Below, one piece after another: positions 46,319 to 56,687 of a DNA stretch of 64,000 nt. How positions within the stretch are numbered: the first letter of the stretch is position 1; every line of letters starts with the position of its first letter. A model generated the notes under the pieces. The model worked only from the letters and a program-made list of their open reading frames with translations, ran no database searches and was not told the DNA's origin. The stretch is taken from contig CAYPKD010000004.1 of NCBI GenBank assembly GCA_964411255.1, positions 50,147 to 114,146 of the forward strand, written 5' to 3'. Position numbers and translations under genes: made by a program. The stretch is from an uncultured Gammaproteobacteria bacterium. GTDB lineage: Bacteria > Patescibacteriota > Patescibacteriia > UBA11705 > DATKZF01.

Positions 46319-47134
46319 TTAAATTATTCCAGTAGGCGCAATCCGCGCCAAAAATAGATTTCTTTTTTTATCTCCTGCCACTCTAGACCAAAATTCTCCC
46401 TCATGGCAAGTACAGCTACTATCCCAGCCAAACTGAAATTCCTGTTCGAGAACATCTGAGTCATCAATGCCCAGCCTATCTGCTTCGCAATAAATCATTT
46501 GCTGCAAATGATAAGAAACCTTGCCTTTGCGAGGGCCATGCTCTACTTCTTTAAGACACAAACGAGTTCCCCACTTACCAAACCTTGATCTAATTTCCTG
46601 CTCCTGCTTTTCATCTTTATCATGTCCATAACAGCACGGGCCAATACCACAGCCAACCCAAAACCTTAATTTCTCAGGCGGAGTCTTTAAAACCATTACC
46701 ACTTCTTCTAATATTGAATAATTCCATCCTCGTCTAAAAATATTTTTTAATCCTAAACGCACAACGCACATTGCTTTTTGAATTGGATCCCAGACAACTC
46801 CGATCGGGCAATCATAGGTTAAAATTCCGATTCCCACTCGGGTGTCGCGAAAAACAAGACCTGCATCTGAATCATTTTGCGTCCGCCAAAGACCTGGTCC
46901 TAATTGAATCGTATTTGAATCATGAAAATTCGCAACCCCAGTCTTAAATTCTACTCTTGGAAAAAACATTTGTTCAATATTAAGAGCAGACATAATTTCT
47001 TTTCTTTTCGCCGCTCCTGCTTCAGTTTGCAGCAAACTGCTACTATCTCCATGGCCTTTACCTAAAAAAATATATTCAACTGCTCCGTCAAAAAGTTTTT
47101 TCCGCTCAAAGGCCATTTTTTCTCCTTTCCTCAT
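46319..47134 (-). CDS. YfiH/PgeF (DUF152) family protein, copy 1
   Basis: TYDCPIGVV and WVGCGIGPCCYGHD motifs. Confidence 0.7.
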   Translation of the reverse strand: MRKGEKMAFERKKLFDGAVEYIFLGKGHGDSSSLLQTEAGAAKRKEIMSALNIEQMFFPRVEFKTGVANFHDSNTIQLGPGLWRTQNDSDAGLVFRDTRVGIGILTYDCPIGVVWDPIQKAMCVVRLGLKNIFRRGWNYSILEEVVMVLKTPPEKLRFWVGCGIGPCCYGHDKDEKQEQEIRSRFGKWGTRLCLKEVEHGPRKGKVSYHLQQMIYCEADRLGIDDSDVLEQEFQFGWDSSCTCHEGEFWSRVAGDKKRNLFLARIAPTGII

Positions 47135-47934
47135 CTGGGAAGCAATCTGGCCACAAAAGCATTTCTTGGATATTCTCTGTCAGCATCTCTGACATTGGAC
47201 CAAAAATCTCCATAACCATCAGCATTTGGATCTTTCATGCCAAAACATGAAGTACATCTCTTGTCACAGATAATTTTTCCAAAACCTAGATTTAATGCTT
47301 GTCGATAAATTATTTTCAAATTGTCATGGGCAACATGCAAGCCGCCTTTTCTTGGCCCATATGAAACATTGCCTTCAACCACATCTGGTCCGTATTCTTT
47401 TCTTAAAAATGACATTCTTTCCCTATTCTTATCTCCGTATTTTGGATGCTCGATTGGATAGCCATTGCAGCAAGGGCCAATTCCTCCGCCAATCCAAAGA
47501 TTCAACTTTTCTGGAGGCCTACGTAGCTCTTTCACAGCTTGTTCTAAAATTGTATATTCTTTATAATCCTCTCTATAAATATTGCATATGCCCATATGAA
47601 TCATGCAAAGCGTATGAAATTCTGGATCATAAATAAGTCCAATATGACAGTCAGCTGTAAAAATTACAATTGCCACTTCTGTATTGTTTCTGATAATACC
47701 ACCATCAGCTGAAATCGTTGATATTAAGAGCCCAGTATCAGTAAATACTACGAGAGGTTCATCAATATCAAGCACTGTAGTTGAACATTCTACAGAAGGA
47801 ACAAACAAATACTCGACCTGTAATTCCTGCATTAATCTTTGTCTTAATTCTGCAGAACTTGGATCTTTTGGATGAAAATTTCCCCATTTTCTACCAATTA
47901 AATCATATTTAACATATTTGAAAACGGTCTTCAT
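47131..47934 (-). CDS. YfiH/PgeF (DUF152) family protein, copy 2
   Basis: FTADCHIGLIYD and WIGGGIGPCCNGY motifs. A tandem paralog of the previous gene. Confidence 0.7.
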   Translation of the reverse strand: MKTVFKYVKYDLIGRKWGNFHPKDPSSAELRQRLMQELQVEYLFVPSVECSTTVLDIDEPLVVFTDTGLLISTISADGGIIRNNTEVAIVIFTADCHIGLIYDPEFHTLCMIHMGICNIYREDYKEYTILEQAVKELRRPPEKLNLWIGGGIGPCCNGYPIEHPKYGDKNRERMSFLRKEYGPDVVEGNVSYGPRKGGLHVAHDNLKIIYRQALNLGFGKIICDKRCTSCFGMKDPNADGYGDFWSNVRDADREYPRNAFVARLLPR

Positions 47935-48147
47935 CCCCTCCCCCTTTTTGAAAAGGACAATTAAGCTAACTTATACTATTATTGTATAAAAGTCAAGCTA
48001 ATTTTACAAAAAATATTGACAAAATTATAAATACATGCTAGAATACAATATTGTTCTTTTTCATTTTCCGCCTCTGCGTACGCCTGAAATCCAGGTTAAA
48101 GTACAAGGAAGGCATGCTCGCCACAGTGCGAAGCAAGGAGAAATGAC

Positions 48148-48591
48148 ATGGTTTCTAAAACCTCACCTCCAACTGCATATCAATTGATCCAGCTGACAAG
48201 AAAATTCACTGAATTTCTTGCCAGCTATCGTAATCCTGGCACAGCCATTACTCTTTTCCTGATTAAAATATATGCAAATTGGGTGCAGGGACTAAACAGT
48301 AGATCCTGTCAAACAGCAATAGAAACAAACGCAGATGCTTTTCAAGGTATTATTTTAGAAAAAGCCTTGCAAGACGATCTATCAGAATCTTTATTTATTA
48401 TTGAAAAAAACATTACGATAAAGGGAAAACAAGATAAGATCGATCTTTTCGCATCAGGCTCTGGAGAAGGAACTGATCTGAAAGGTATGCGCCATGAACT
48501 GCCTAGTCAGCGCAGGGCAGATCTAATCTTTAAGAAAAACCCATTTAAGAAGATTACTGAAAATAATCCCTACTGGAAACCCAAACCATAA
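48148..48591 (+). CDS. Hypothetical protein
   Basis: Promoter TTGACA-17-TAGAAT at 48017-48045, then a roughly 100-nt GC-rich leader and SD AAGGAG. Confidence 0.5.
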   Translation: MVSKTSPPTAYQLIQLTRKFTEFLASYRNPGTAITLFLIKIYANWVQGLNSRSCQTAIETNADAFQGIILEKALQDDLSESLFIIEKNITIKGKQDKIDLFASGSGEGTDLKGMRHELPSQRRADLIFKKNPFKKITENNPYWKPKP

Positions 48592-48647
48592 TAAAATAAA
48601 TCCCAGCTTTATAAGCTAGGGATTTTTTATTATATAGAATTTATAAT

Positions 48648-49103
48648 TTAGAGTAGTTCTTCTAATTTCTGACTTTCATCATCAGTAACCAATGAATTGC
48701 GTTTAAATATTTCAATTATTTTCCGCTTAAATTTCATTTCCTTTTCTTTATTTCTTTCAATCCTTCTTCCAATCTCAGCAGCTAAATCAGCCAATTTGTT
48801 ATCCAAATACATCTTATCTGGATACTGATTTTTTACTGTCATTTTAAAATCAGATAATTCAGTTTTAACTTGACTTAGACCACCTTCAACTTTATCAAGC
48901 CTGCCTTCAACTTTATCAAGCCTGCCTTCAACTTTATCAAGCCTGCCTTCAACTTTATCAAATCTTTTTCCCACCTCTAAAAATCCAGTTTGCACAGCAC
49001 CAGCTAAATTATCAATTTTTTCATTGGTTTTCTTAAATTCTTGTTTTATTTCCTCATCCATATATATAATTTTAGCACACAAAATCAATTTAGTAAATTT
49101 CAT
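48648..49103 (-). CDS. Coiled-coil protein with (RLDKVEG)n heptad repeats
   Basis: VEGRLDKVEGRLDKVEGRLDKVEGGL, encoded by tandem 21-bp repeats at 48883-48962. Confidence 0.5.
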   Translation of the reverse strand: MKFTKLILCAKIIYMDEEIKQEFKKTNEKIDNLAGAVQTGFLEVGKRFDKVEGRLDKVEGRLDKVEGRLDKVEGGLSQVKTELSDFKMTVKNQYPDKMYLDNKLADLAAEIGRRIERNKEKEMKFKRKIIEIFKRNSLVTDDESQKLEELL

Positions 49104-50682
49104 CCTTTTTTTCCTTCAAAAATGCAAACCAATCATCAATTACATCAATAATTATATTAAACGGCGCAGCAATAATAAAATCTAAAATAAATATAAAAAT
49201 GTTTATTCTGGAAAATTTAGTGGAAATCCACTGGCCAACTTTAATAATTGGCATAAAGAAAAATTCTATTAAACTTGAAATGAATCCGCCTCTTTCTTTA
49301 ACCACATACATTTCCTTAGCTGACTGGCGCAGCCGATAACCGAAAAAGCTGACAATGCTTAAAAATATTAAAAAGATAGCTCCGCTAATTATATTAAATT
49401 CAAGCTGCATCAAACCCCAAATCAATGCACCAAAAGTTATAACATATGTGCAAAGATAGAATAGGCCAAAAATTACCTGCTTGATTGCTCCCCAATCCCG
49501 CGGCGGCTTGATTATTGTCTTTTTCATATCATCAACCCAGCCAAAAATTATTTTCATAGTTTCGCTTTGAATCTTTTTAGCATTCCTTGATGAAGAAACA
49601 ATTATTGTTTTGCCCAGAAAAAATAAAAGCAGGATCGGTACAAATAAATTAATCAGAAGCGGAATATAACTTATTTCCTTAATTATAAAATATTCAAAAG
49701 GAACTTCGATCGCTAATGCCAATAGCATCTTTGTTAAAAATATATAAATCATTGCCCGAAATATACTTTTATTCAAACGCGATTTTACAAACTTCTTCTT
49801 CTTGGTCACTGCTACATTCAAATAGGCCTTTGTCGTTTCCGGATCCAGAAGGATCGATTCAACCTTATCTGGATTTTGCTCAATAATATCTTTTACCATG
49901 TATAGATAAACGCTAAATGATTTTGAGTGACGCTGAATCTTTCTTGCCAGCCGGTGATGTAGATGATGATCAATTATTTTTTTTATTTCAGAAATATTTA
50001 CTCTAATATCATCAAACACTTCATCAGGATCTGAGTACCAGGCAGGATAAAACAAACGAAACAATGAATAAGCCACCATATCATTATCAGATTTTACCAA
50101 AGCCCTTTGCACGCCAACAAATATTTGCAAATCTTTTTCATCTTCAGATATTGAATCATCTAAAATTTCTGTCTGATACTTGGCAATTGCATAAGTTGCG
50201 TTTATCAAAGCTCTTTTAAAATTTGAAGGCACTAAAATTTCTTCAATCTCAACTGATACCAAACCTAAAAGCCAGTTCCTCATTTTATTTTGTTGGGAAT
50301 AGGTAAAGGAATCCTTTATTGCCAAATACAAATTTGCAGTTTTATTTAATGCAATATTAACCTCGTTTACTTTGGTTTCTGGCAGGCTGTTATTTTCAAC
50401 ATATCCAGCCCGAATCAATTCTTTAATAACTGATTCTCCGATTTGAGCCCCTCTGAGGCATTCATAAAATCTGCGCTTGCAAATCCGGTTAACAGCACTT
50501 TTTCGAAGTAAATGCTCGTCCCGATAATCAACAATATTTCTGATTTTTTCATATGCTAAAACAGCCTTGGCTACCACTTCATTTACGCCAATAGTGCTGT
50601 CCTGCGCATATTCTGACGGAGCCTGTTCGTTATAATATGCAGCTATTAAATTTTCGATTGGTTTAGTTGGCATATTTACCAT
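49090..50682 (-). CDS. Hypothetical protein with C-terminal TM helices
   Basis: 530 aa. Soluble N-terminal half and about 6 TM in the C-terminal half. Confidence 0.55.
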   Translation of the reverse strand: MVNMPTKPIENLIAAYYNEQAPSEYAQDSTIGVNEVVAKAVLAYEKIRNIVDYRDEHLLRKSAVNRICKRRFYECLRGAQIGESVIKELIRAGYVENNSLPETKVNEVNIALNKTANLYLAIKDSFTYSQQNKMRNWLLGLVSVEIEEILVPSNFKRALINATYAIAKYQTEILDDSISEDEKDLQIFVGVQRALVKSDNDMVAYSLFRLFYPAWYSDPDEVFDDIRVNISEIKKIIDHHLHHRLARKIQRHSKSFSVYLYMVKDIIEQNPDKVESILLDPETTKAYLNVAVTKKKKFVKSRLNKSIFRAMIYIFLTKMLLALAIEVPFEYFIIKEISYIPLLINLFVPILLLFFLGKTIIVSSSRNAKKIQSETMKIIFGWVDDMKKTIIKPPRDWGAIKQVIFGLFYLCTYVITFGALIWGLMQLEFNIISGAIFLIFLSIVSFFGYRLRQSAKEMYVVKERGGFISSLIEFFFMPIIKVGQWISTKFSRINIFIFILDFIIAAPFNIIIDVIDDWFAFLKEKKDEIY

Positions 50683-50738
50683 GTTATTCTAGCATAAATT
50701 TAAAAAAATAAAACCTGAGAAATTTTCTCAGGCTTCTA

Positions 50739-51038
50739 TCACATTCTGGTTAGAGTTAGACCTTTGGGATCGTAACTCAATTTGAATAATTGATTTTCCC
50801 TATTTTTCCGAAAAATACTCACAATTCCTTCACGGCAATATCGAAAAAACTTTGCCAATATGAGCCAGACAGAATCCTGGCCTCTGTAAAAATGCCGAGT
50901 TGTGCCTTGTCTCGTATTGACAATGGCTATTACAGACTTTTTACCTTTTTCAAACCTTACTTCATATGCTTTGTCTTCATATGCTGATCGCAAAATATTT
51001 GCCATAAAGGCATTAATCGATTCTTCATTTATTCGCAT
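50739..51038 (-). CDS. Hypothetical protein (start MRINEES after SD GGAGGG)
   Basis: ORF with a good SD. Confidence 0.4.
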   Translation of the reverse strand: MRINEESINAFMANILRSAYEDKAYEVRFEKGKKSVIAIVNTRQGTTRHFYRGQDSVWLILAKFFRYCREGIVSIFRKNRENQLFKLSYDPKGLTLTRM

Positions 51039-51138
51039 TTTCCCTCCATTTCCAGAACATTTTACTATAGCATATATTATAAAAAAAGTCAAACGTTGAC
51101 TAGGAAATTAGATTAATTGCTGATAAGATATTCATAGT

Positions 51139-53229
51139 ATGATAAAAAATCTGACATTTCTTTTTATAAATCTTGCACTTACAATATTTGTTTGTATAAA
51201 TTTTTTTGTCGAACAAAACTTTTATATACACATAATTGCATCAGGCATTTTTTTAATTTTAAATACTTATTTATTTGCCTCAATTTTTTCAAAATATAAT
51301 TTTAAATCATGGATTTTATCTATTTTACTTATAATAGGCATCATAATTATCCCAGGATCAATAATCTATTATTTTTATCAGATTAATTCATATGTGATAA
51401 GTATTCTGGTCGTATTAATCTTTGGATTATCAACATTTTTTTGGTATAAAAGCGATACACCATTATTAAAGCCACATATTCCAAAATTAAAACTGACTTT
51501 TCTTGAATTCTTAACCATGGTCAGCTATTTAATTTCTATTGGCTTTATTCTTTTTATTTTAATTAAATCCAGATCAGATATTGCTGTCAGAACGCCCTGG
51601 GCTTTAATTGACAAAAGAATATTTGTCCTTTATTTTACTTCAACCTTTATTCTGATTGTTTTATTTTGGCAGACAAAATTAAATTCATTTTGGCAAAAAA
51701 CATTTTTATCAATGCATTTTTTTGTTTCTTTTTGTGTTGCATTTATTGTTTACAAATTAGGATTTGGCTATGATCCTTTTATTCATCAAAAAACAGTAGA
51801 AATAATCAGCCAAGATGGTTTTATCTCCCCAAAACCACTATATTATCTTGGGCAATATACACTCGAAGTATTGGTGCACAAATTATTTTTAATTCCAATT
51901 GACTGGATTGATAGATTATTTGTCCCTGTTTTAGCAGCAATCTCTCTGCCAAGCATAATTATTTTTTCCATAAAAAAAATAAATCCAATTGCTGTGTTAA
52001 TCTTTTTAGCTATCCCTTATTCATTTTTAGCATTTACCACCCCTCAGAATCTAACTTTTTTCTTTAGTCTTTTATTAATATTTCTGGCTTATCGATTTTT
52101 AATTTATAAAGACATTTCCTGGATTTGGCTTGGTCTATTATCCTTAATTATACTGACCATTCACCCATTAACCGGCCTTCCAATGCTTTTATTTTCCCTG
52201 GCCTTGCTTATTTTTAGATATAAAGCCAGTAACCTAATAAGCAAAATATCAAAAACCCTTTATTTAATATTGTCTGCAATAATTATTCCTTTTGCATTTG
52301 TCTTATTAAATTTAACACGCGGCTATCAAATCAATTTCCGATTTGATTGGAATGTAATCACTTCAGATTTATCAAGTTTTTTTCAAAACATGTTTTATTT
52401 AAAAAATAATTTTAGACAGATTTATGATCTGATATACTTTTATGGATTAAATTTAAAATTCTTTATAATTATTTCGATTATTGTATTTTTAATTTTATTT
52501 TGGAAAAAAGGCAGCCAGATGTTTGGTCATAAAATAAAAACTCAGCCCAAACATCTGGCTGCCATCTTTCTTGGGTCTTTTATTATCACTGGAATAAATT
52601 ATTTAATCTTAAAAAACTTCTTTGTCTTTGAAGAATTAATTTATTATGAAAGATCTGATTATGCATTACGACTAATAACTTTAATGTTTTTATTTTTAAT
52701 CCCTCTGATTCTAATATTTATTTCAAAACTTATTGATTTTAAAAATAAAAGAAAAATAATTGTAATTTCAATTTTTATCCTCTTGAGTTTAATAATTTCA
52801 GCCAGCTTTTACCTCAGCTATCCCCGCTATGACAATATTCAGGCCAGCCGGGCATTAAATGTAAGTAAATATGATTTTAATGCTGTGCGATATATTGCAG
52901 ATAATGAAAATCTACCATACATAGTGCTCGCCAATCAAAATACTTCTGTGGCTGCAATAAAGCTATACGGATTTGAACCTGTTTATAATAATTATTTTTA
53001 CTATCCAATTCCAACAGGTGATGAATTATATCAAATTTATCTAAAAATGGTTAATGATCAACCAAGAATTGAATACATTAATGAAGCTAAACAATTGACC
53101 AGAATCAGCACGGTTTATTTTGTTCTGCCAAAATACTGGGATAATTTCAATCAAATTAAGTCAGCAGCCGAGCAGATTGCAATTGAACATCATTCTATTG
53201 ATGAGCAAATTGAAATATTTAAATTTTAG
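51139..53229 (+). CDS. Large polytopic membrane protein (14 or more TM), possibly a GT-C/YfhO-like surface-polymer enzyme
   Basis: 696 aa, almost entirely TM helices, with one large C-terminal soluble domain. Confidence 0.5.
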   Translation: MIKNLTFLFINLALTIFVCINFFVEQNFYIHIIASGIFLILNTYLFASIFSKYNFKSWILSILLIIGIIIIPGSIIYYFYQINSYVISILVVLIFGLSTFFWYKSDTPLLKPHIPKLKLTFLEFLTMVSYLISIGFILFILIKSRSDIAVRTPWALIDKRIFVLYFTSTFILIVLFWQTKLNSFWQKTFLSMHFFVSFCVAFIVYKLGFGYDPFIHQKTVEIISQDGFISPKPLYYLGQYTLEVLVHKLFLIPIDWIDRLFVPVLAAISLPSIIIFSIKKINPIAVLIFLAIPYSFLAFTTPQNLTFFFSLLLIFLAYRFLIYKDISWIWLGLLSLIILTIHPLTGLPMLLFSLALLIFRYKASNLISKISKTLYLILSAIIIPFAFVLLNLTRGYQINFRFDWNVITSDLSSFFQNMFYLKNNFRQIYDLIYFYGLNLKFFIIISIIVFLILFWKKGSQMFGHKIKTQPKHLAAIFLGSFIITGINYLILKNFFVFEELIYYERSDYALRLITLMFLFLIPLILIFISKLIDFKNKRKIIVISIFILLSLIISASFYLSYPRYDNIQASRALNVSKYDFNAVRYIADNENLPYIVLANQNTSVAAIKLYGFEPVYNNYFYYPIPTGDELYQIYLKMVNDQPRIEYINEAKQLTRISTVYFVLPKYWDNFNQIKSAAEQIAIEHHSIDEQIEIFKF

Positions 53230-53288
53230 TATTTGTAAAACATTCACTATTGTGATATTTTATTATTAGCCATTCAGGAGGGCATACA

Positions 53289-53708
53289 ATGAAAAACGCA
53301 AAACTGCTCTTTTTTATTTTGTTAATGCATGCCTGTTCGACAGGCCCAAATTTTGCGAATCAAAAATTGAGAGGCCATGACTTTGCAGGCAAGCAATTAC
53401 AAAATGCGAATTTTTCAAATGCATTTTTAGAAAAAGTAAATTTCAAAGGCGCAAATTTAAGAGGTGTGGTTTTTTCAAATGCTAGTCTAAGCGCTGCTGA
53501 GTTTGACAAAGCAATCCTGATTGATGCAGATTTTGACAATGCTGATCTGAGCTATGCCAGTTTTAATGGTGCTGACTTAACTGGTGCAAATGTAAAAGAC
53601 GCAAAAAACGTCATTGGGGTTTTTTATACAAAAGCTACCAAATGGCCTGGCAGTTATAAACCAAACGGGGGTATTTGCACAGATTGTAATAATACACAGA
53701 ACCACTAA
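53289..53708 (+). CDS. Pentapeptide-repeat lipoprotein
   Basis: Signal/lipobox LLMHAC, then ANFSNAFLEKVNFKGANLRGVVFSNASLSAAEFDKAILIDADFDNADLSYASFNGADLTGANV. Terminator at 53699-53725. Confidence 0.7.
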   Translation: MKNAKLLFFILLMHACSTGPNFANQKLRGHDFAGKQLQNANFSNAFLEKVNFKGANLRGVVFSNASLSAAEFDKAILIDADFDNADLSYASFNGADLTGANVKDAKNVIGVFYTKATKWPGSYKPNGGICTDCNNTQNH

Positions 53709-53795
53709 ACTTAGTGGTTTTTTAAAAAACAAAAAATCCCATATCAGGGACTTTTTTAGAATACAACTAACCGACTCGCCTACCGACCTTCCAAT

Positions 53796-53951
53796 CTATT
53801 TTACTTCCTTATGAATGGTATGTTTTTTACAATGTTTACAAAACTTTTTCAATTCTAAACGCTGTTTAATTATTTTTTTATTCTTTTTTGAATAATAATT
53901 AATTCTTTTGCAGTCCTTGCATTCAAATTTTATTAGATTATCTTGTGACAT
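53796..53951 (-). CDS. rpmG: 50S ribosomal protein L33 (below the ORF-track length cutoff)
   Basis: Minus-strand [54 protein letters not shown] matches the L33 Cys4 consensus. Lies downstream of tRNA-Thr. Confidence 0.85.
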   Translation of the reverse strand: MSQDNLIKFECKDCKRINYYSKKNKKIIKQRLELKKFCKHCKKHTIHKEVK

Positions 53952-54084
53952 AAAGACAGTTTATTGAATTAATGAATCAGCCGAAATTTGATTTATCTTA
54001 TACTATTTTAATTTATTATGCAAATTATCATTGGCTTGCCATTCGAATCTCGAGCTCGAACAAAATGAAAGCAAGAGTGAAGAA

Positions 54085-54160
54085 TGGAGCCACCCGCCGG
54101 ACTCGAACCGGCGACCGACGGTTTACAAAACCGTTGCTCTACCAACTGAGCTAGGGTGGC
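54085..54160 (-). tRNA. tRNA-Thr (anticodon UGU), with an encoded CCA
   Basis: rc gives GCCACCCTAGCTCAGTTGGTAGAGCAACGGTTTTGTAAACCGTCGGTCGCCGGTTCGAGTCCGGCGGGTGGCTCCA with a perfect acceptor stem. Loop TTTGTAA. Confidence 0.85.
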
Positions 54161-54347
54161 ATAACGCTAAGAGTTAAAGATTGAAAGTTCTTGCCAAAGG
54201 CGGGCCCGCCCCTGGCGGGAAAAAGTAAAAGACAAAAGTTAAAATATTAACCAAATCACAAAATACATTATATACAATTTTTCGATAATTGTCAAGAGAA
54301 ATTTGGATAAAAAAGCAGATAATCTCTGAATTATCTGCTACATTCTA

Positions 54348-54731
54348 TTATTGCACTTTAGGTGCAAATGGCACATCATGCTCATGTTTACAAACTGTAC
54401 ATTTCACTCTAGCTTTGGCAAAACCAGCTGAATAACCAATTAGCTGATGGCTTGTTTGAGTAAGGTCATTTTTTCCATTATTACAGTTAGGACAATAAGC
54501 TGGAATACCAGTAACTGTTCCTGTCTTACCTCTTAACGGAGGAACTTTTCTGCCATCAGGCAAAGATGAATCAACCGTTTGAGCTTTGTTAACTTCACGT
54601 AGCATTTTATCATCATCAAAAATTACAGCATCATCATCTAAGGTTCTGGGAGCAGGTGGCAAGGAAACGTCTGTATTTGAACGATTTCTAATTCTTATCA
54701 AAATGTTTTTTAGCCAATCACTCGGTGCCAT
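54348..54731 (-). CDS. Zinc-ribbon hypothetical protein
   Basis: CPNC...CTVCKHEH. Confidence 0.45.
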   Translation of the reverse strand: MAPSDWLKNILIRIRNRSNTDVSLPPAPRTLDDDAVIFDDDKMLREVNKAQTVDSSLPDGRKVPPLRGKTGTVTGIPAYCPNCNNGKNDLTQTSHQLIGYSAGFAKARVKCTVCKHEHDVPFAPKVQ

Positions 54732-54828
54732 TTGTCTTCCCCTTACTTTTGATGTTACTAATGATTTATAGCATATTATTTCAGTAATGTCAAGTGAAAT
54801 AAAAAACGGATAATATTTGAATTACCCG

Positions 54829-55116
54829 CTATTTTTTCACTTCATATGTTTCTTTACATTTACTACACTGAACAGAAATTGTTCCTTTTCTATTCTGTTC
54901 CACACCATGAATATTATCTGCAAAACAATGAGGACATTCTGATCTCATTTTAGTCAAAGTCTTTTTTAAAACAGCCTCAACCTTTTTATCTCGAGGATCA
55001 GTGGTTCCGACACCTACTGGCAAGGGTGAATCTGACCATCTTGCTTTTCTTTCCTGATCTTCTTTTTCAAGCAGACTCATTCCTCTTTTTTTTCTTTTTT
55101 TGAATGATCCGAACAT
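54829..55116 (-). CDS. Zinc-ribbon hypothetical protein
   Basis: CPHC...CSKCKE. Promoter TTGACA-17-TTAAAT and SD GGAGGG. Confidence 0.5.
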   Translation of the reverse strand: MFGSFKKRKKRGMSLLEKEDQERKARWSDSPLPVGVGTTDPRDKKVEAVLKKTLTKMRSECPHCFADNIHGVEQNRKGTISVQCSKCKETYEVKK

Positions 55117-55238
55117 TTTGCCCCTCCTTGCTTCTTTCTTTTCTATTAAATATATTTAACATATTTATTTTATTTTGTCAAGTTTACTTTTTACAATAAA
55201 TTGCTAAAATACATTAATGAATTAATAATAACAAAAAT

Positions 55239-55799
55239 ATGCTAAAAATTGGTCAAAAAATCCCAGATTTCAGCGTAGAAGCATTTCATAACAATGAAAT
55301 AAAAAAGATAAATTTAATTGATGAAAAATGGTTAGTTCTCCTTTTTTATCCTGCTGACTTTACTTTTGTCTGCCCTACTGAATTAGAAGAAGCTGCTTTA
55401 TATTACGAGGAATTCAAGAAGCAGGGCGCAGAAATAATGAGTGTCAGTACTGACACAGCTTTTGTTCATAAAGCATGGCATGATAATTCAGAGGCTATAA
55501 AAAAGATAAGGTATCCAATGATTGCTGATCCTACAGGAACTATTTGCAAAGCATTTGGCACTTATATTGAAGAAGAAGGTGTGTCTGTCAGGGCAACATT
55601 TATTATTGATCCTGACGGCGTATTAAAAGCAATGGATATCCATGACAATAGCATTGGCCGAAGTGCTGATGAGATTCTACGAAAGCTTCAAGCAGCTAAG
55701 TTTGTCAGAGATAATAATGGCGCTCTTGTTTGTCCAGCCAACTGGAAGCCTGGTAAAGACACGTTAAAACCAGGACTTGATCTCGTTGGAAAAATTTAA
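55239..55799 (+). CDS. ahpC: Typical 2-Cys peroxiredoxin (AhpC/Prx1 family)
   Basis: Peroxidatic FTFVCPTELEE and resolving VCPANWKPG motifs. Bidirectional terminator at 55823-55858. Confidence 0.9.
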   Translation: MLKIGQKIPDFSVEAFHNNEIKKINLIDEKWLVLLFYPADFTFVCPTELEEAALYYEEFKKQGAEIMSVSTDTAFVHKAWHDNSEAIKKIRYPMIADPTGTICKAFGTYIEEEGVSVRATFIIDPDGVLKAMDIHDNSIGRSADEILRKLQAAKFVRDNNGALVCPANWKPGKDTLKPGLDLVGKI

Positions 55800-55855
55800 A
55801 CTAACTTTATTTCTTTAATAAAAAAACCTGCGTTAATTCAACGCAAGTTTTTGTT

Positions 55856-56461
55856 TTAAAAGGCACAGCTTGTTTTCACCCGAAACGTATGACCTTTGTT
55901 TTCCTTCTGAACTCCAAAATAATACTGAACATCAAAGGACCATGGCGTATCTGGCTTGTTCAGTCCAAAGTGTGGACCAAACATAACACCTTTTTCAATC
56001 TGTTCACCATGAACGCCAAGCTTCAGCCATTTTATAGGATGATAGTCTAAGGCGTAAAAGCCATAGTAATCATAAACATCTTTAAAATGGTTGGCCAAAA
56101 AATCTCCTTCGAAAAACATCGTGAACTGGCCCTCAAAAAATGAAAATCCAATCCACAGACTGGCATCAAATGCAGTCGTATCTGCCCAATTGATTCCAGT
56201 ACCAATCAACGGAGATACCCAAAACCAATCAGTAATCACCCACATTGGGCCAATATAGGCAAAATACATGTGAATACCATTTTCTGGTGATACAAATGCA
56301 ATTGAATTGCCAAATAGCGACAATGTCTGACCTGCAGCCAAATTATCACCTAATTCGACTGAGCTCTCGACAGAAAACATCAATTCAGCGCCCCTCCAGC
56401 TATACTCAGCAAGAGCAGTTTGCGAAACGCACAGCAATACAATAAAAATCAGCTTTTTCAT
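55856..56461 (-). CDS. Outer-membrane beta-barrel-like protein (OmpW/OmpA-like size)
   Basis: Signal peptide MKKLIFIVLLCVSQTALA, alternating aromatic/hydrophobic beta-strand pattern, and a C-terminal Phe. Confidence 0.5.
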   Translation of the reverse strand: MKKLIFIVLLCVSQTALAEYSWRGAELMFSVESSVELGDNLAAGQTLSLFGNSIAFVSPENGIHMYFAYIGPMWVITDWFWVSPLIGTGINWADTTAFDASLWIGFSFFEGQFTMFFEGDFLANHFKDVYDYYGFYALDYHPIKWLKLGVHGEQIEKGVMFGPHFGLNKPDTPWSFDVQYYFGVQKENKGHTFRVKTSCAF

Positions 56462-56687
56462 GTTTTTTCCTCCAGGAAATTGTAAGAACAGTCAACATCA
56501 TATTATAACAAACATAAATAAATATGTCAACAGCATTATTCGTAATTATTTGTAATAATAACAAAAAAAATTTGTAATATACTAAAAAACAGCATGTTAT
56601 GACATACTGTTAATTTGTAATATTGTCTAAAAGCTCATTCATTAATATATGAATCTCAAAGTTTGAAGCAACATGACTGGCCCCAAA

